A program made the position numbers and the translations under genes. The notes beneath the pieces were generated by a model. That model ran no database searches. It was not told the origin of the DNA and saw nothing but the letters and a program-made list of their open reading frames with translations. Positions 24,600-37,329 of a stretch of DNA of 64,000 nt are shown here, one piece after another. Numbering within the stretch: position 1 is the stretch's first letter; each line of letters starts with the position of its first letter. This stretch comes from Isurus oxyrinchus (Eukaryota). Location of the stretch: the NCBI GenBank assembly GCA_026770705.1, contig JANJGN010000018.1, forward strand, positions 69,626,001 to 69,690,000, written 5' to 3'.

Positions 24600-27258
24600 T
24601 TTATTCATTTATGGGATGTGGATGTCATTGGCTGGGCCAGCATTTAATGCCCATCCCTAATTGCCCTTGAGAAGGTGGTGGTGAGCTGCCTTCTTGAACC
24701 GCTGCAGCCATGTGGTGTAGGTACACCCACAGTGCTGTTAGGAAGGGAGTTCCAGGATTTTGACCCAGTGACAGTGAAGGAACAGTGATATATTTCCAAG
24801 TCAGTATGGTGAGTGGCTTGGAGGGGAGCCTCCAGGGAGTTGTGTTCCCATGTATCTGCTGCCCTTGTCCTTCTAGATGATAGTGTTCATGGGGTTGGAA
24901 GGTGCTGTCGAAGGAGCTTTGGTGAGTTTCTGAAGTGCATCTTGTAAATATTACACACGGTTCATTGGTGGTGCAGGGAGTGAATGTTTATGGAAGAGGT
25001 GCCAATTAAGTGAGCTACTTTGCCCTGGATGGTGTCAAGCTTCTTCAGTGTTGTTGAAGCTGCATTTATCCAGGCTAGCGGAGAGTATTCCATCACACTC
25101 CTGACTTGCACCATGTAGTAACAGTTACATGTAGTAGCAGTTACAGACTTTGGGGGACCCCAGGATATTGGTGGCGAGGGTTTCAGTGATGGTAATGCCA
25201 TTGAAGGTCAAGGGGCATTGGTAAGAATCCCTCTTGTTGGAGACAGTCATTGCCTGGCACTTGTGTGGCACAAATGTTGGTTGCTGCATGTCAGCCCAAT
25301 CCAGGATATTGTCCAGGTCTTGCTGAATTTGGACATGGACTTCTTCAGTATCTGAGGAGTCCTGAATGGTGCTGAACATTGTGCAATCATCAGCGAACAT
25401 CCCTACTTCTGCCCTTATGATGGAAAGAAGGTCATTGATGAAGCAGTGAGGATGGTTGGGCTTAGAACAGTACCCTGAGGGACTCCTGCAGTGATGTCCT
25501 GGGACGGAGATGATTGATCTCCAACAACAGCAGCCATCTTCCTTTGTGCTAGGTATGACTCCAACCAGTGGAGACATTTCCCCCTGATTTCCATTGACTC
25601 CAGTTTTGTGAGAGCTCCTTGATGTCCTGTCAAACACTGCCTTGATGTCAAGGGCAGTCACTCTCACCTCACCTTTGGCGTTCATCTCTTCTATCCATGT
25701 TTGAACCAGGTTTTTTACAGGACTTTTACACTCTATAATGAGGTCAGAAGCTGAGTGATCCTAGCAGAACTCAAACTGAGCATCAGTGAGCAGGTTATTG
25801 CTAAGCAAGTGCCGCTTGATAGCACTGTTGTTGACCCCTTCCTTTAATTTACTAATGATCGACAGTAGACTGTAATTGGATTTGTCCTACTTTTTGTGGA
25901 CAGGACATACCTGGGCAATTTTCCATGTTGCCGGATAGATGCCAATGTTATAGCTGTACTGGAACAGCTTGGCTAGGGGCACGGCAAGTTCTGGAGTACA
26001 AGTCTTCAATACTATTGTCAGAATATTGTCAAAGCCCATAACTTTTGCACTATCCAGTGCCTTCAGCCATTCCTTGATATCATGTGAAGTGAATTGAATT
26101 GGTTGCAGACTGGCACCTGTGATGCTGGGGACCTCCGGAGGAGAATGAGATGAATCACCCACTCAGCACACCTGGCTGAAGATTGTTGAGAATGCCCTAT
26201 CTTGTGTACTGATGTGCTCGGCTCCTCTATCATTGAGGATCGGAACATTTGTGGAGCCTCCTCCTCCAGTGAGTTGTTTAACTGTCCACCACCATTCCCA
26301 CCATTCACGACTGGATGTGGTAGGACTGCAGATCTTAGATCCGATCTGATAACTTAGCTCTATCAATCACTTGCTGCTTTTGCTGTTTGGCACGCAAGTA
26401 GTCCTGTGTTGTATTTTCACGAGGCTGACACCTCATTTTTAGGTATGCCTAGTGCTACTCCTGGACTCCATGCCCTCCTGCACTCTTCACTGAATCAGGA
26501 TTAGTCCCCTGGCTTGATGGTAATGGTAGGTTACATATTGTGGCTGAGTGCAATTCTGCTGCTGCTGATGGCAACACCTCATGGAAGCCCAGTCTTGAGT
26601 TGCTGGATCTGTTTGAAATTGATCCCATTTTGCATGGTAGTGCCACACAACACGATGGAGGGTAAGCTCAATGTGAAGATGGGACTTTGCCTCCTGAAGG
26701 ACTATGCGGTTGCCATTCCCATCGACATTGTCATGGGCAGATGCATCTGCGGCAGGCAGGTTGTTGATGATGAGGTCAAGTATGCTTTTCCCTCTTGTTG
26801 GTTCCCTCACTACCTACCACAGACCCAGTTGGGCAGCTATGTCTGTAGTGGTAGTGCCAAGCCACTTATAGTGATGGACATTGAAGTCCCCCACCCAGAG
26901 TACATTCTGCACCTTTGCCACCCTCAGTGCTTCCTCCAAGTGGTGTTCAACATGGAGGAGCACTGCTTCATCAGCTGAGGGAGGGCGGTACATGGTAAGC
27001 AGGAGGAGGTTTCCTTGCCTATGCTTGACCTAGTGCCATGAGACCGCATGGAGGCCAGAGCCAACATTGGGGGCTCCCAGATCAACTCCCTCCTGATTGT
27101 ATATCACTGTACCACTACCTCTGCTGGGTCAGTCCAGATTTTTATTGAATTCAAATCCCACCATCTGAATTGTGGGATTCAAACCTGGGTCCCCAGAGCA
27201 TTACCCTGGGTATGTGGATTACAGTCCAGTGACAATACCATTACGCCACTGCCTCCCC
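24600..27258 (-). mobile_element. CR1-group LINE 'family B', near full length, with tRNA-derived 5' head
   Basis: APE (REPTRGKSILDLI) and RT (ALDIKAVFD, GVPQG, MFADD, QVRSVMEYSPLAW) remnants. The 5' end reads GGGGAGGCAGTGGCGTAATGG...GGTTTGAATCC. Confidence 0.88.
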
Positions 27259-27262
27259 TACT

Positions 27263-27750
27263 ATTGCCCATCCCTAACAGCCCTTGAGAAGGTGGTGGTG
27301 AGCTGCCTTCTTGAACCACTGCAGTCCTTGTGGTGTAGGTACACCCACAGTGCTGTTAGGAAGGGAGTTACAATGATTTTGATCCAGCGACAATGAAGGA
27401 ACAGTGATATATTTCCAAGTCAGGATGGTGAGTGGCTTAGAGGGGAACTTCCAGGTGGTGGCATTCCCATGTTTCTGCTGCCCTTGTCCTACTAGATGGT
27501 AGTGGTCGTGGGCTTTGAAGGTACTGTCTCAGGAGCCTTGGTGAGTTTCTGCAGTGCATCTTGTAGATAGTACACACTGCTGCTACTGTGCGTCGGTGCT
27601 GGAGGGAGTGAATGGTGGTGGTGTTTGGGATGCCAATCAAGCAGGCTGCTTTGTCCTGGATGGTGTCAAGCTTCTTGACTGTTGTCGGAGCTGTACCTAT
27701 CCAGGCGTGCAGACTATTCCATCACATTCCTAACCTGTGCCTTGTAGATG
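27263..27750 (-). mobile_element. Family-B LINE 3' fragment
   Basis: IHSLQHRRTVAAVCTIYKMHC C-terminus and 3' UTR homologous to 24640-25110. Confidence 0.85.
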
Positions 27751-30700
27751 GAGAAATAAGGAAATAAAAAGAAACAATTTCTAGTGGCAGGAGGATCAGT
27801 AACCAGAGGATGTGGATTTGAAGAGATTGGCAAAGATCAGAGGCGATATGAGGAAATCATTTTTTAGACAGCAAGTTATGATGTGGAATGCACTGCTAGA
27901 AATGTTGGTGGCAGCAGATTCAGTAATAACTTTAAGAAGGAAATTGGATAAATACTTGAAGGGAAAAAATTACAGGGCTATGTGGAAAGGGCAGGTGAAT
28001 GAGCGTGATTGGATAACTCAAAGAGCCAGCTCAGACATGATGGGCTGAATAATGTCCTTCCATGCTGTATCATGCTGTGATTCTGAGATACCTGTTGAGA
28101 AAAGTCAGTTGCAGTACATGTGACTGACTTTCTGGAACTGATTTTCCTCTTAATCTCCTCAATGACAAATTCAGTGGTTCAAATATCCCATCTTTCCTTA
28201 TTCAGGGGCTTTGTTATTTTAACTTAACTAAAATCTTTAACAAGTACTTAAAGGGCATGTGATTTTTATAACAGCAGTTTTCATTAAATAGCATCCTTTT
28301 TAATGTTGAAACGCATCCTCAGGTATTTCACAGATGTTTATGGAGAATGACCAAGAACCAATGCAAGTCGGTGAAGACGACAATAATGGGCAAGGGGCTT
28401 GTTTTCAGAAAAATATATTAAAATACTAGTTTTGGATGAGCTGAAGTTTTTGGAGAGTATCAGATGAGAGGTCAGCCAGAAGCAAATTGGAGTAGTCAAG
28501 TTTGGATAAAATGAAGGCATGACTAAGGGCTTCAATGTAAATGGGCTGAGATAGAGATGGAGGACAACAGTGTTTTGGTGAAGGAATTCGGTGATCTCTA
28601 TGATGGAGAAGAAACAATGTCAGATGATTAGCTTGAAGTTGAATTGGACATCAAAGTTCACAATCTGGTTACAGGAAGGATGATTTTGTCAGTGACAAGG
28701 GCAGAAGAGTATTATGGACAGGAGGCGGCAATTTTGATTTCTGATTTCCCCCTTTATAAATAGTGGCGTAGTTTCCCCAACCCTTCTGTTTGAAGTGATC
28801 CTCTATTAATAACCCCACAGCAAACTCAAAATAGGGTAAAATAAGAGGGGTAGTTTATTTTACACACACATAAAACATTGGAAGGGGTTTTGCAACATTC
28901 AGCCCTTTTGCACTCATACAATAAAATAGGGATAAGGGGAAAAAAGGTGTACAGGGCAAGACCATGATAAAAATAAGAGTTATGGTTTCATGTGAATCCA
29001 TAGTGCAGAATCAAAAGTCCAATGGTGTATTCCTTCAGAGGTTAGTAGGTTGAAACTGTTGCAGGGTGATCCATCTTTCCAGAAGCGAGGACTTTCCCAT
29101 TGGAAGAGGGCATTTAGGGATGAATTAGTCATATAGGCCCAGATACAGGAGTTGCGATGTTCCGGTAGTTCACAGTGTAGATGAGGGCCAGGCAATGTAT
29201 CTGGACAGGGCTCTTTCTGCTGCTACCTGTTAGGTGGTAAAATTGTAGACTGCCTGGGTTCAGTTCCACATGGCAATATTACAGGAGCTAGCAGCATGAG
29301 GGAGGTCATATGACATCCAACTTCTTCTCCTGAGTTTTAGACAAAGGATGTATTTTTCCAGGTTTGGAATCTTGGGAGGTTTGATAGAGGAGTCAGGGTC
29401 CCTTTTGTCCTTGCAGACATACTGCATCTGTTGGCAAGACCTCTGCCTTAGAAATTTAAAGAGCATTGATGCATTCTTTGGAATTTGATTTTCTGCAGTC
29501 GCAGGGGGCATTAGCACTTCTTTAAAGATAATGATTTTCTGAAGGCTAGAAATTCCTATGGAGTGAGTTATGGCTAGTCAGGAATATCAGGGTAAAGCCT
29601 TTGTCCATTTTAAAAATAGAATAATAATTTTATACAGCAGCCAGGTTGACATAGATATTTATTTGCCTTCCTGACTTCTGGTCGGGACATGCCTCTCCTG
29701 TTGGAGAAACATGAAATTAATTCCATTTAATTTCATTTTTTTAATGTGGTCTTAGGGAAGGAAGATTAGGAAGTGCAGAAGTATACAAGTATTCTCTCAT
29801 TCATACGAGCACATCAATCACAAAGTTAGCAGGGAAAATGGCAATTCCCTGCTGCGTGGGGAAGTCTATTCAGTGCTAGAGTTCTGACTTCCCCCTGTAG
29901 TGGGTCAGGAGATTGCAGTGTTTTAAAGGGATGTTGACCTCTTTAGGGGATTCTGGTTCCAGCTTCTGTTGCTAGGTGCTTTTGGTTGGCACAGCAGCAG
30001 GCAGGCAATTGACCCCTGAACTTGGGCCAGTCTTTCGGGGCTGGGATGAGAGGAAGATGGCCTTCTGGCAGGGCGGCTCCCGCATCCATACTGGATACGG
30101 CTACAGGGCTGTAGCCTGGTGGGGGTTATGGATCATTTTAAAGGGGGTGTTTAATTCTTACCAGTCCTCTTGCAATTCTCTTTAATGGAGGGTAAGCATG
30201 GGTCCAATTTGGTTGAAGTCCCTCTGCTGATCAATTGCATGATCGGGGCAGTGTCTTTTGGGACACTACTGCTCTCTGGTGGAGGGTTAGCTCTTGCTGT
30301 ACCTTGAAATGGCTTATCAACTACATGAGGCATCACCCCCACTCTTTTGGAGCCAATTTGGGAACTTTTCTGCTGCCCATTTTAATTCGCCATAAAGTGG
30401 TCAACAAAATGAATCACTGGCTTCCTGCAGCCTTTGACTTTGGAGGGGGTGCTCTCCTAACATGTTTCATGTTCTCTGGAACAGCACTGCCCTCAAGTGG
30501 AGGTGCAGCTCCAGCTACTGTCCTTGTGGCTTTTCAACTGGGGGAGGCATCTCCCTCACTATCTGCTTATTGGTTTGGGAAGTCCCTTCATTCCTATTTA
30601 ATGCCAGAAAGAAGTTTTCTGCCAGCCATACTTCAGGCAAGTCCTTAATCTTTTCCCTTCTGGATTTAATAACCTGTAATCTTTCAGGCTCTCCAGCTAC

Positions 30701-30922
30701 ATGGGGCATCTTCCTCACTATTTCTTTCCCTGCTTTAGGGCTTCAGTGGTACCTATTTAACTTGGGGATATTTGGGGAAACTATTCCAGATTCTAGGGGC
30801 CTTCTCTGGACCTCGTTCAATTGTATTGGCCTGGCTTCGGCCTTGCTGCCTTCAAGCAACTCTTGCTCGAGGTCTATGGGTGCTATCTCACCTTTTTGGG
30901 TCCCTGGACCTTCTCCAGCTTT

Positions 30923-31360
30923 CTACCCTTCTGCAGATTTCTGCTGCTTGGTCTTGGCCTCTTTTCTTTCTAGCCCCTGGCTGCCAGCCAAATCGTTCCC
31001 AAGGAGGAAATTGATTCCTGGTACTGGGAGCTTAGGGACAATTCCTATTGTAAGAGGCCCTGAAACAAGGCTACACTCTAGGTGGACCCCATGGAGGAGT
31101 ACAAACACAGATCCTCCTCCCACTCCACTGATCAGGGCTCTGGTCTTCAGGGAGGACTCGGGGTCTAGGTTTAGGTTTCCCTCTAACATTAAGGGCTGGG
31201 TGGTCCCTGTGTCCTGGAGCAGTAGCACAGGCTTGCTCACAGTTTGGGCCAGGTAAGGAACACTATTCCTGAAAAGACAAAACTCTGGAAGATCAGACGC
31301 AAATAGTGCCATGCCCTCCAATGGGTAAGTTTCTCGAGAGGTTCTGATGCACTGGCCCAT
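30923..31360 (-). pseudogene. Retropepsin-type aspartic protease of the Gmr1-like element
   Basis: LLQDTGTTQ catalytic DTG, ISGVGG flap, GIVPKLPVPGINFLLGNDLAG C-terminal motif. Confidence 0.85.
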
Positions 31361-31379
31361 TGGGGCATCCTTCTGGGGC

Positions 31380-32500
31380 TACTCATGTGAAGCCCTGCTA
31401 GGCCAACTGGCTTGCTTCACAATCTCCAGCATTTGGGCCTGGAATGGCCTATTTTGTTGCAATGGGAACATGCTGGCCTCCGGGAATCCTCCTTTCAGGC
31501 TGTAGGGAGCTTCTCACACCCTCTTTTGTGTTTTCTTTTCTGGTTGGGGCCCTTTTTTATCTAGACTGCCATGCTTCTTTTTCCAATACTCAGGGGTATA
31601 GTTTGGAAAGGGTCTTCCTGAGTTTACAGGCCTATGGGTGGGGCCATAGCTGTTTACTGTGACTGCTGCACCCCTGGCTGTGAGATGCTCTGCTCCTCTA
31701 GGTGTATTCACAGGTTGGTTATGTTTAGGTTGGCTTTTTACATGTGTTCCGGAATTGCTGCTGGTATGCCATTGGGACTAACTCGTAGGGACCTAGGATG
31801 GTAGCCTTAGTCTGTTCATAATTTAGGGACACCTCAGAAGGCAGCATGGAGTAGACCTCTTGGGCTCTCCCTGACAGCTGCCCTCAAATTAAAAATGTCC
31901 AGATTTTAGCTGTCCTGCTATTTTCTCAAAGGTGGTAAAAATGACTCAGCATCACTGTCTTCAAATTTGGGAAGGAATCTCACTTACTTGATAGCTTCAG
32001 AGAGTGGTTCTGGGTTGGGGGAATAAGGGAGGCTGCCGGGTATAGAGAGATTTTTCTTTGCAGCGGCTAGTTGTCTGCTCTCTCTCTCCCTTTGAGCTGT
32101 AAGCTCCAATTTTCGGAACTGAAATTCTCTTTCCTTTTCTTGTTCCCTTTGTCTCCCTTCCCTTTCTTTTTCTTTTTCCCTTTCCTGTTCCTTTATTCTC
32201 TCCCTCTTTCTTTCTCTCTCTCTTTCCCTCTCCTAAATTCCAGCTCCAATTTAAGTTTTTCCAGCTCAACATTGGCTTGGGGAGGGGATTCAGAGCCATT
32301 CATCTGACTGCTCTACTGGTAATGTCAGATCATGACGTTCTACCCAAGCCAGGATTAGTTAATTTCTTTTGATGTTGCTGGGCAATTTAAACCGTATTTT
32401 CCTAGCTACAGCTTTCAATTGATCTATGCTAAGGGTTCCAAACTTCCCCTGCTTAAATTATCTTGCTGAACAAACATTTGGGCATCAAACGTTGCCATTC
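31380..32500 (-). pseudogene. Gmr1-like gag (coiled coil + SCAN-related capsid region), decayed
   Basis: E/K/R-rich coiled-coil tract at 32090-32280, then FLPKFEDSDAESF, QLSGRAQEVYSML, YEQTKATILGPYELVPMAYQQQFRN read by eye across frameshifts. Confidence 0.7.
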
Positions 32501-33531
32501 TCTTAGCTTTAGGACAAGGAATTTTATGTGGGATGTTACTAGACTTAAAATTAGTGGCAGCCACCGGGTTTCCCTCTTTTGGCTTCCACTTGACTCTTTT
32601 ATCTCTAAGTTGGCTCATCTCTCAACTTGGATTCTGGGCAACTTCAAACTGGATCAATTCCAGATGTGAGCTCCCAATTTCTGTTATGGACAGGAGGGTA
32701 ATTAATTTAATTAGTACTGGTTTCTCCTCTCACTGGCTGTCTGTAAACAGAAAGGTGTTTTTGATTTCTGATTTCCCCCTTTATAAGTGATCGTGTACTT
32801 TCTCCAACCCTTCAGTTTGGAGTGATCCAATCTTCTATTAATAACCCCACAGCAAACTCGAGGTAAGGTAAAATAAGAGGGTTGGTACATTTTACACGCA
32901 CGCAAAATGCGTGTTTCCTTTTCTTTTGTACTCATACAGTAAAAGAGGGATAAGTGAAAGAAAGGGGTGCAGGGCAAGACCACAATAAAAATATGAGTAA
33001 TGGTTTCACTTGAGTCCAGAATCAAAGATCCAATGCTATATTCCTTCACAGGTTAGCAGGTTGAAAGTGTTGCAGCGTGATCCATCTTTCTGGAAGCGAG
33101 GACTTCTCCAAAAGAAGAGGGCAGGTCACAGGGTGCATTAGCACCACTTTCAGAACAATGAGGTCCCTGCTGGTTTTCTGAAGGCTAAACTTCCTCTGGT
33201 ATGAGTCATGGCTAGTCAGGCATGTCAGGGTAAAGGCTTTGTCCATTTTTAAAATAAAATAATAATTTTTTACAGTACAAGTTGACGTAGATATATTTTT
33301 TCCTTCCTGGCTTCTGGATGGGACAAAAGCGCTTTGTGGGTGTTCAGATGATGCTTACAAGGGACGATAAGAAGGGGGCCAAGGACGAATCCTTAGCGCA
33401 TTCTAGAGGTGACGGTGTGACAGTAGAAAGAGTAGCTAATACTAAAGATGCTTTATTTATTGATAGGTAAAAGTGGGTCCAAGCAAAGGGAGTCCAAATA
33501 TTTGGAGAAAAGTTTTCTTTCTTACTGATAA

Positions 33532-33671
33532 AAAAATGCATAAATTCTTTGCTCTTGTTGGAAATGAAGGTGGAGGGGGAATGACAGAAATTGAAGGAGA
33601 CAAAAATGCATAAATTCTTTGCTCTTGTTGGAAATGAAGGTGGAGGGGGAATGACAGGAATTGAAGGAGAC
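33532..33671. repeat. 70-bp tandem duplication
   Basis: Units 33532-33601 and 33602-33671, one mismatch. Confidence 0.95.
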
Positions 33672-34483
33672 AGTCTGTCAGAAAGAATTGGAGACAGAAG
33701 TTGATATATCTGTCTGGAGTAATCTTACAGTGGTGGGCCAGTTTGGAAAAGGAGTTTGAGTCCCAGTGGAGCCTGCTGTAGCCCAGCGAGGTGTGGAAAT
33801 AGATTCAAAGCCAGTTGTGTGTTATGAAACGCTAAGGTTTGTGCCCCTTGAGATTAATGGAGTGAAGACAAGGGAGTCATATGGAAAATAACTTGGATGA
33901 AATATAATGTAAGTATTCCTAAGCATAAAGACATCAAATGGAGAGGGGAAGGAGTTATTGAGCAAATCGGTAGCTACAGTGGTACCGTAGCACATGGTGC
34001 AGCATTGACTAATCGCTATGGATTTCGAGACAGCAATTGGAATAAACAGAATAATGCAGAAGAAAGTGGAATTAAAGGAGATTATGGAGGGTGGGGGATA
34101 CAAGTAAGTGATTTGACATAGCCTTGTTGATGATTGAGAACAGGGAAGCAGAAAGGCCATGGGGACCTTTTAACTCACCTGGCATTATATAATAATTAAA
34201 GGAGCATTCGCATCTTGATAGCCATTTGCTAATATTCATGAAGGGATTACCTTGAGGAAAGCCTTTGGCTGGTAATGTGGAGCTGTATTTAATCCTTCCA
34301 ATCCCTTAAAGTCTTAAAAACCTAACTGAACCAGAGAAAGTTCTAGGTTTGAAAGGACTTAAGAACTTGAGGATTTTAACTTTACATACGAATTTGTTTT
34401 GTCTATTAAATCTGTTTTCAAAAGTCTTGAGTCTGCTCAAACTGGACAATGGTGATCATTCATTCAAGCATGACCTGATACAT

Positions 34484-34708
34484 AAGCAAAATAACGCAGA
34501 ATTGGAAATCTGAAATCTGAAACAAAAACTGAAAATGCTGGAAATACTCAGCAGGTCTGGCGGCATCTGTGCAGAGAGAAATAATATTTAACATTTCAAG
34601 CTGATGATGGTGTGATGAAAGGTCATTGACCTGAGATGTTAGTCTGTTTCCCTCTCTACAGGTGCTGCCGGACCTGCTGATTATTTCCAGCATTTTTTGT
34701 TTTTAATT
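34484..34708. mobile_element. Miniature palindromic PLE derivative
   Basis: Inverted PLE termini around a degenerate hammerhead (gtgatgaaaggtcattgacctgagatgtta). TSD ATGACCTGATACAT at 34470-34483 and 34709-34722. Confidence 0.85.
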
Positions 34709-36634
34709 ATGACCTGATACATTCTGGTCATTAATGAATTATTCAAATAAAGGCATTGGAAACTATTTATATACCAGGCATCTAATATAGTGGACAGGCC
34801 CTGGATTTTAATTTTCAGACACACTGACAGTGGGGGAAATCCAAAAGACTGTGAAATGCTCTTATAACACAGCCACTGCATTAACATATCACACACCATC
34901 TATCTATTCCTCACTGACACTCATCCTCATTCTTACACAATGTCATCTCCCTTCTACATAGTCACCCTCAACAAATGCTCTCCATCCATTTGTTCAATAC
35001 ATGTTATTACTCTCTGTTGAAGCCTCTTCTTTCTTACCTTGGAGGAAAAGAGAGCACAGAACATGAGGGAGTGATAGAGAACCAGAGCCATTCCTCCACA
35101 GATCTCATGGCAAATAAGTTCAGTGGAAATGGAGCTGCAAGTAAGTGGTGTCTCTGCATGATGGGCTATCAGAGATGGGGAGATACAGAGGTAGGGTCCT
35201 CCCACTTACCAGATAACAGAATTAAGTATCAATAGCTAATGACATTCAATGCATGCTCAAGTAAACTTGATGTCAACAGTGATGAAATGTGGACATACTT
35301 CTAATGATAACGTCAAACTTTCCTACCTTGATGGTATTCATTCATGTCTTTTATCTCCCACAGGACCTTCATGCATCTTCAAGAGGTGGTCTAGCTGGCT
35401 GCCACCACCAATGATTCCTCAGAGGAGGTCAAGCCCTCATGATGATGCAGACCATGCACCAGCTCAGGCGCTTACACTGAGGTGGGCATAGTAAGGCAAA
35501 TGGTTGGGTTTTCACCTGGTGACTCCCACATCACAAATGAACATAAGCACATGTTGAAGACAAGGAGAGCAGCGGATAGTCTGTGTCTGAGTGGGTGCAG
35601 GACACTGATCAGCTCTGATCAGCTGGAAACAGATGCTGTATCTCAGGGGCCAATGAAGAGGCTAATTTAGGAGCAGCAATAAAGATTGTGTGGTATGTTG
35701 GCAGATGTTCTTAACAGCTATGTGCACACTGGCAGAGTGATTGGAAGAGTCTGTCTCAAGCGCGAGTGGAATGGTGTTGTAGGTGTTTGCAATGATATAT
35801 TCATCTGTAGAAAGAACGAGCACTTGTACACAGCAATCACACAAGTGCATACAAGCATTCACCAATGGCTTGCACACTATGAAGACCACCTAAATAAGAT
35901 GATTGATACCCTAGCCTTGGTTGCTTAGCGCCCCACTAAGGTGCATCAAAGTTCTCTATAGCACATTGCTAGCAGGGAGGTGCAGCTGAGCCATGGGAGG
36001 GATGATGATGAAAGGGTAATAGAAGTGGGGACCCTGCTCAAAATGCTTCAACTCTTCAACTTGTCAATCATTTCTCACCATCACCACAGCACCCCCCACC
36101 AACCCGGCCAACCCCACCACCCCCACACCTGTGCCCCCCGGGTCAGTGCCTCATATGCTACACAGATGAGGCAGTCTTTGGAGGGACCGTCATGAGCTCC
36201 AAAACCCAGAAGATGTTGGCCAAGAGCATCTTGGCAGAGCAACGTGCTTAATGTCAATTGTTCAGTGTTTGATGATGTGCATCTATTGACTTTTTTCTAT
36301 TCTGTGTGCTGTTAGTCAAGCATGGGTGTGGTTACTGAGAAAGAGAAACTGAAAGAGGCAGCTGTTGGGCTGTAGACATTTTAATAGCATTCTAAACAAC
36401 CCTCCTGTTTCGACATAAAAACTGGTGTCATTTCTGCATATTTCTGAGGTGTAAAACCCAACAAACAAGCACAAAGACTGCAGCTCATCGCTGAGTGCAA
36501 CTCACCACAGGCTGAATTTGGGAATTCGGTGAGTGAGGAAATTTGGTTTAGTGAGGGAGGAGAGAAGCAGGTAAGCAATTGGTTGGTAAATATTTTGTTT
36601 ATTTATCTTTCAAAAGTCATAATTTATAATCGAT

Positions 36635-37202
36635 AGCACCTTTTCCCACTTAGACTCGAAGCTCTGGAATTGCCACACCTCTCTGGCTCTCTATCTCCCT
36701 TTCCTTCTTTCAGACACTACTTAAAGCCTACCTTTTCTAACCAAGCATTTGGTCATCTGACCTAATATCCCCTTATGTGGCACAGTGTCGTACTTTGTTT
36801 TACAATGCTCTTCTGAAGCATCTTGGAAAGCTTCATTGTGTTAAAGGTGACATATGAATTCCTTTGACAGCACCTTTCAAACCCGTGACCCCTACCACCT
36901 AGATGGACAAGGACAGCAGATGCATGGGAACACCATCAAGTTCTCTTTCAAGTCACTGGCTTGGAAATATATCACTGTTCCTTCACTGTTACTAGGTCAA
37001 AATTCTAGAACTCCCCATCCCGCCGCCCCCCCCCCCACCCCCCACCACCCACCACTCCAACAGCACTGTGGGTGTACCTACACCATATGGACTGCAGAGT
37101 TTCAAGAAGGCAGCTTACCACCACCTTCTCAAGGGCAATTAAGGATGGCAACAAATGTTGGGCTAGCCAGCAATGTCCATGCCCCATGAACAAATAAAAA
37201 AT
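36635..37202 (+). mobile_element. L2 3' tail (36635-36850) followed by a family-B LINE 3' fragment (36855-37202)
   Basis: First part resembles 8990-9160; second part is the reverse complement of the family-B 3' UTR, ending gaacaaataaaaa. Confidence 0.7.
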
Positions 37203-37329
37203 AAGTTGTTGTTGTTGTGGCTGTTGGAGGGGTGCCTTGGTGGAACTTAAGTAAAACTTGCAATAATAAGGGCAACTGTGGGCAGTAATGTGCACTGCTG
37301 ATGGTGCATTGCCACAACCTCCTCTTCCT

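Larger units (their letters stand above)
23215..28085 (+). mobile_element. Old CR1 family A copy split into pieces (23215-23370, 23960-24570, 27750-28085)
   Basis: Collinear RT pieces (KQRVVV.GCFSD; SKFADD; 3' end) interrupted by a SINE and two family-B LINEs. Confidence 0.75.
28710..33325 (-). mobile_element. Gmr1-like Gypsy LTR element with gag and protease but no RT/IN
   Basis: LTRs 28710-29689 and 32682-33325 (T(G/A)TTATGGACAGGAGG...GGGACA). PBS-like TTGGGAGCTCACATCTGG after the 5' LTR (degenerate tRNA-Pro type); PPT-like AGGAGAGGCA before the 3' LTR. Confidence 0.82.
28300..34160 (-). mobile_element. Ancient L2 LINE relic split by the LTR element (28300-28709 and 33326-~34160)
   Basis: EALSHAFILSKLDYSNLLLADL...LQKLQLIQN (L2 signature). 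A GFVLGPLL-like remnant at 33360-33410 resumes after the LTR element; the distal boundary is uncertain. Confidence 0.6.

Noticed and set aside
27135-27258. tRNA gene (also 57540-57654, 57750-57830, 13975-14090)
   Set aside because: A/B boxes are present but there is no complete cloverleaf or terminator, and each is fused to a retroelement body.
30462-31256. 264-aa plus-strand ORF
   Set aside because: Antisense shadow of the minus-strand protease frame; no recognisable motifs.
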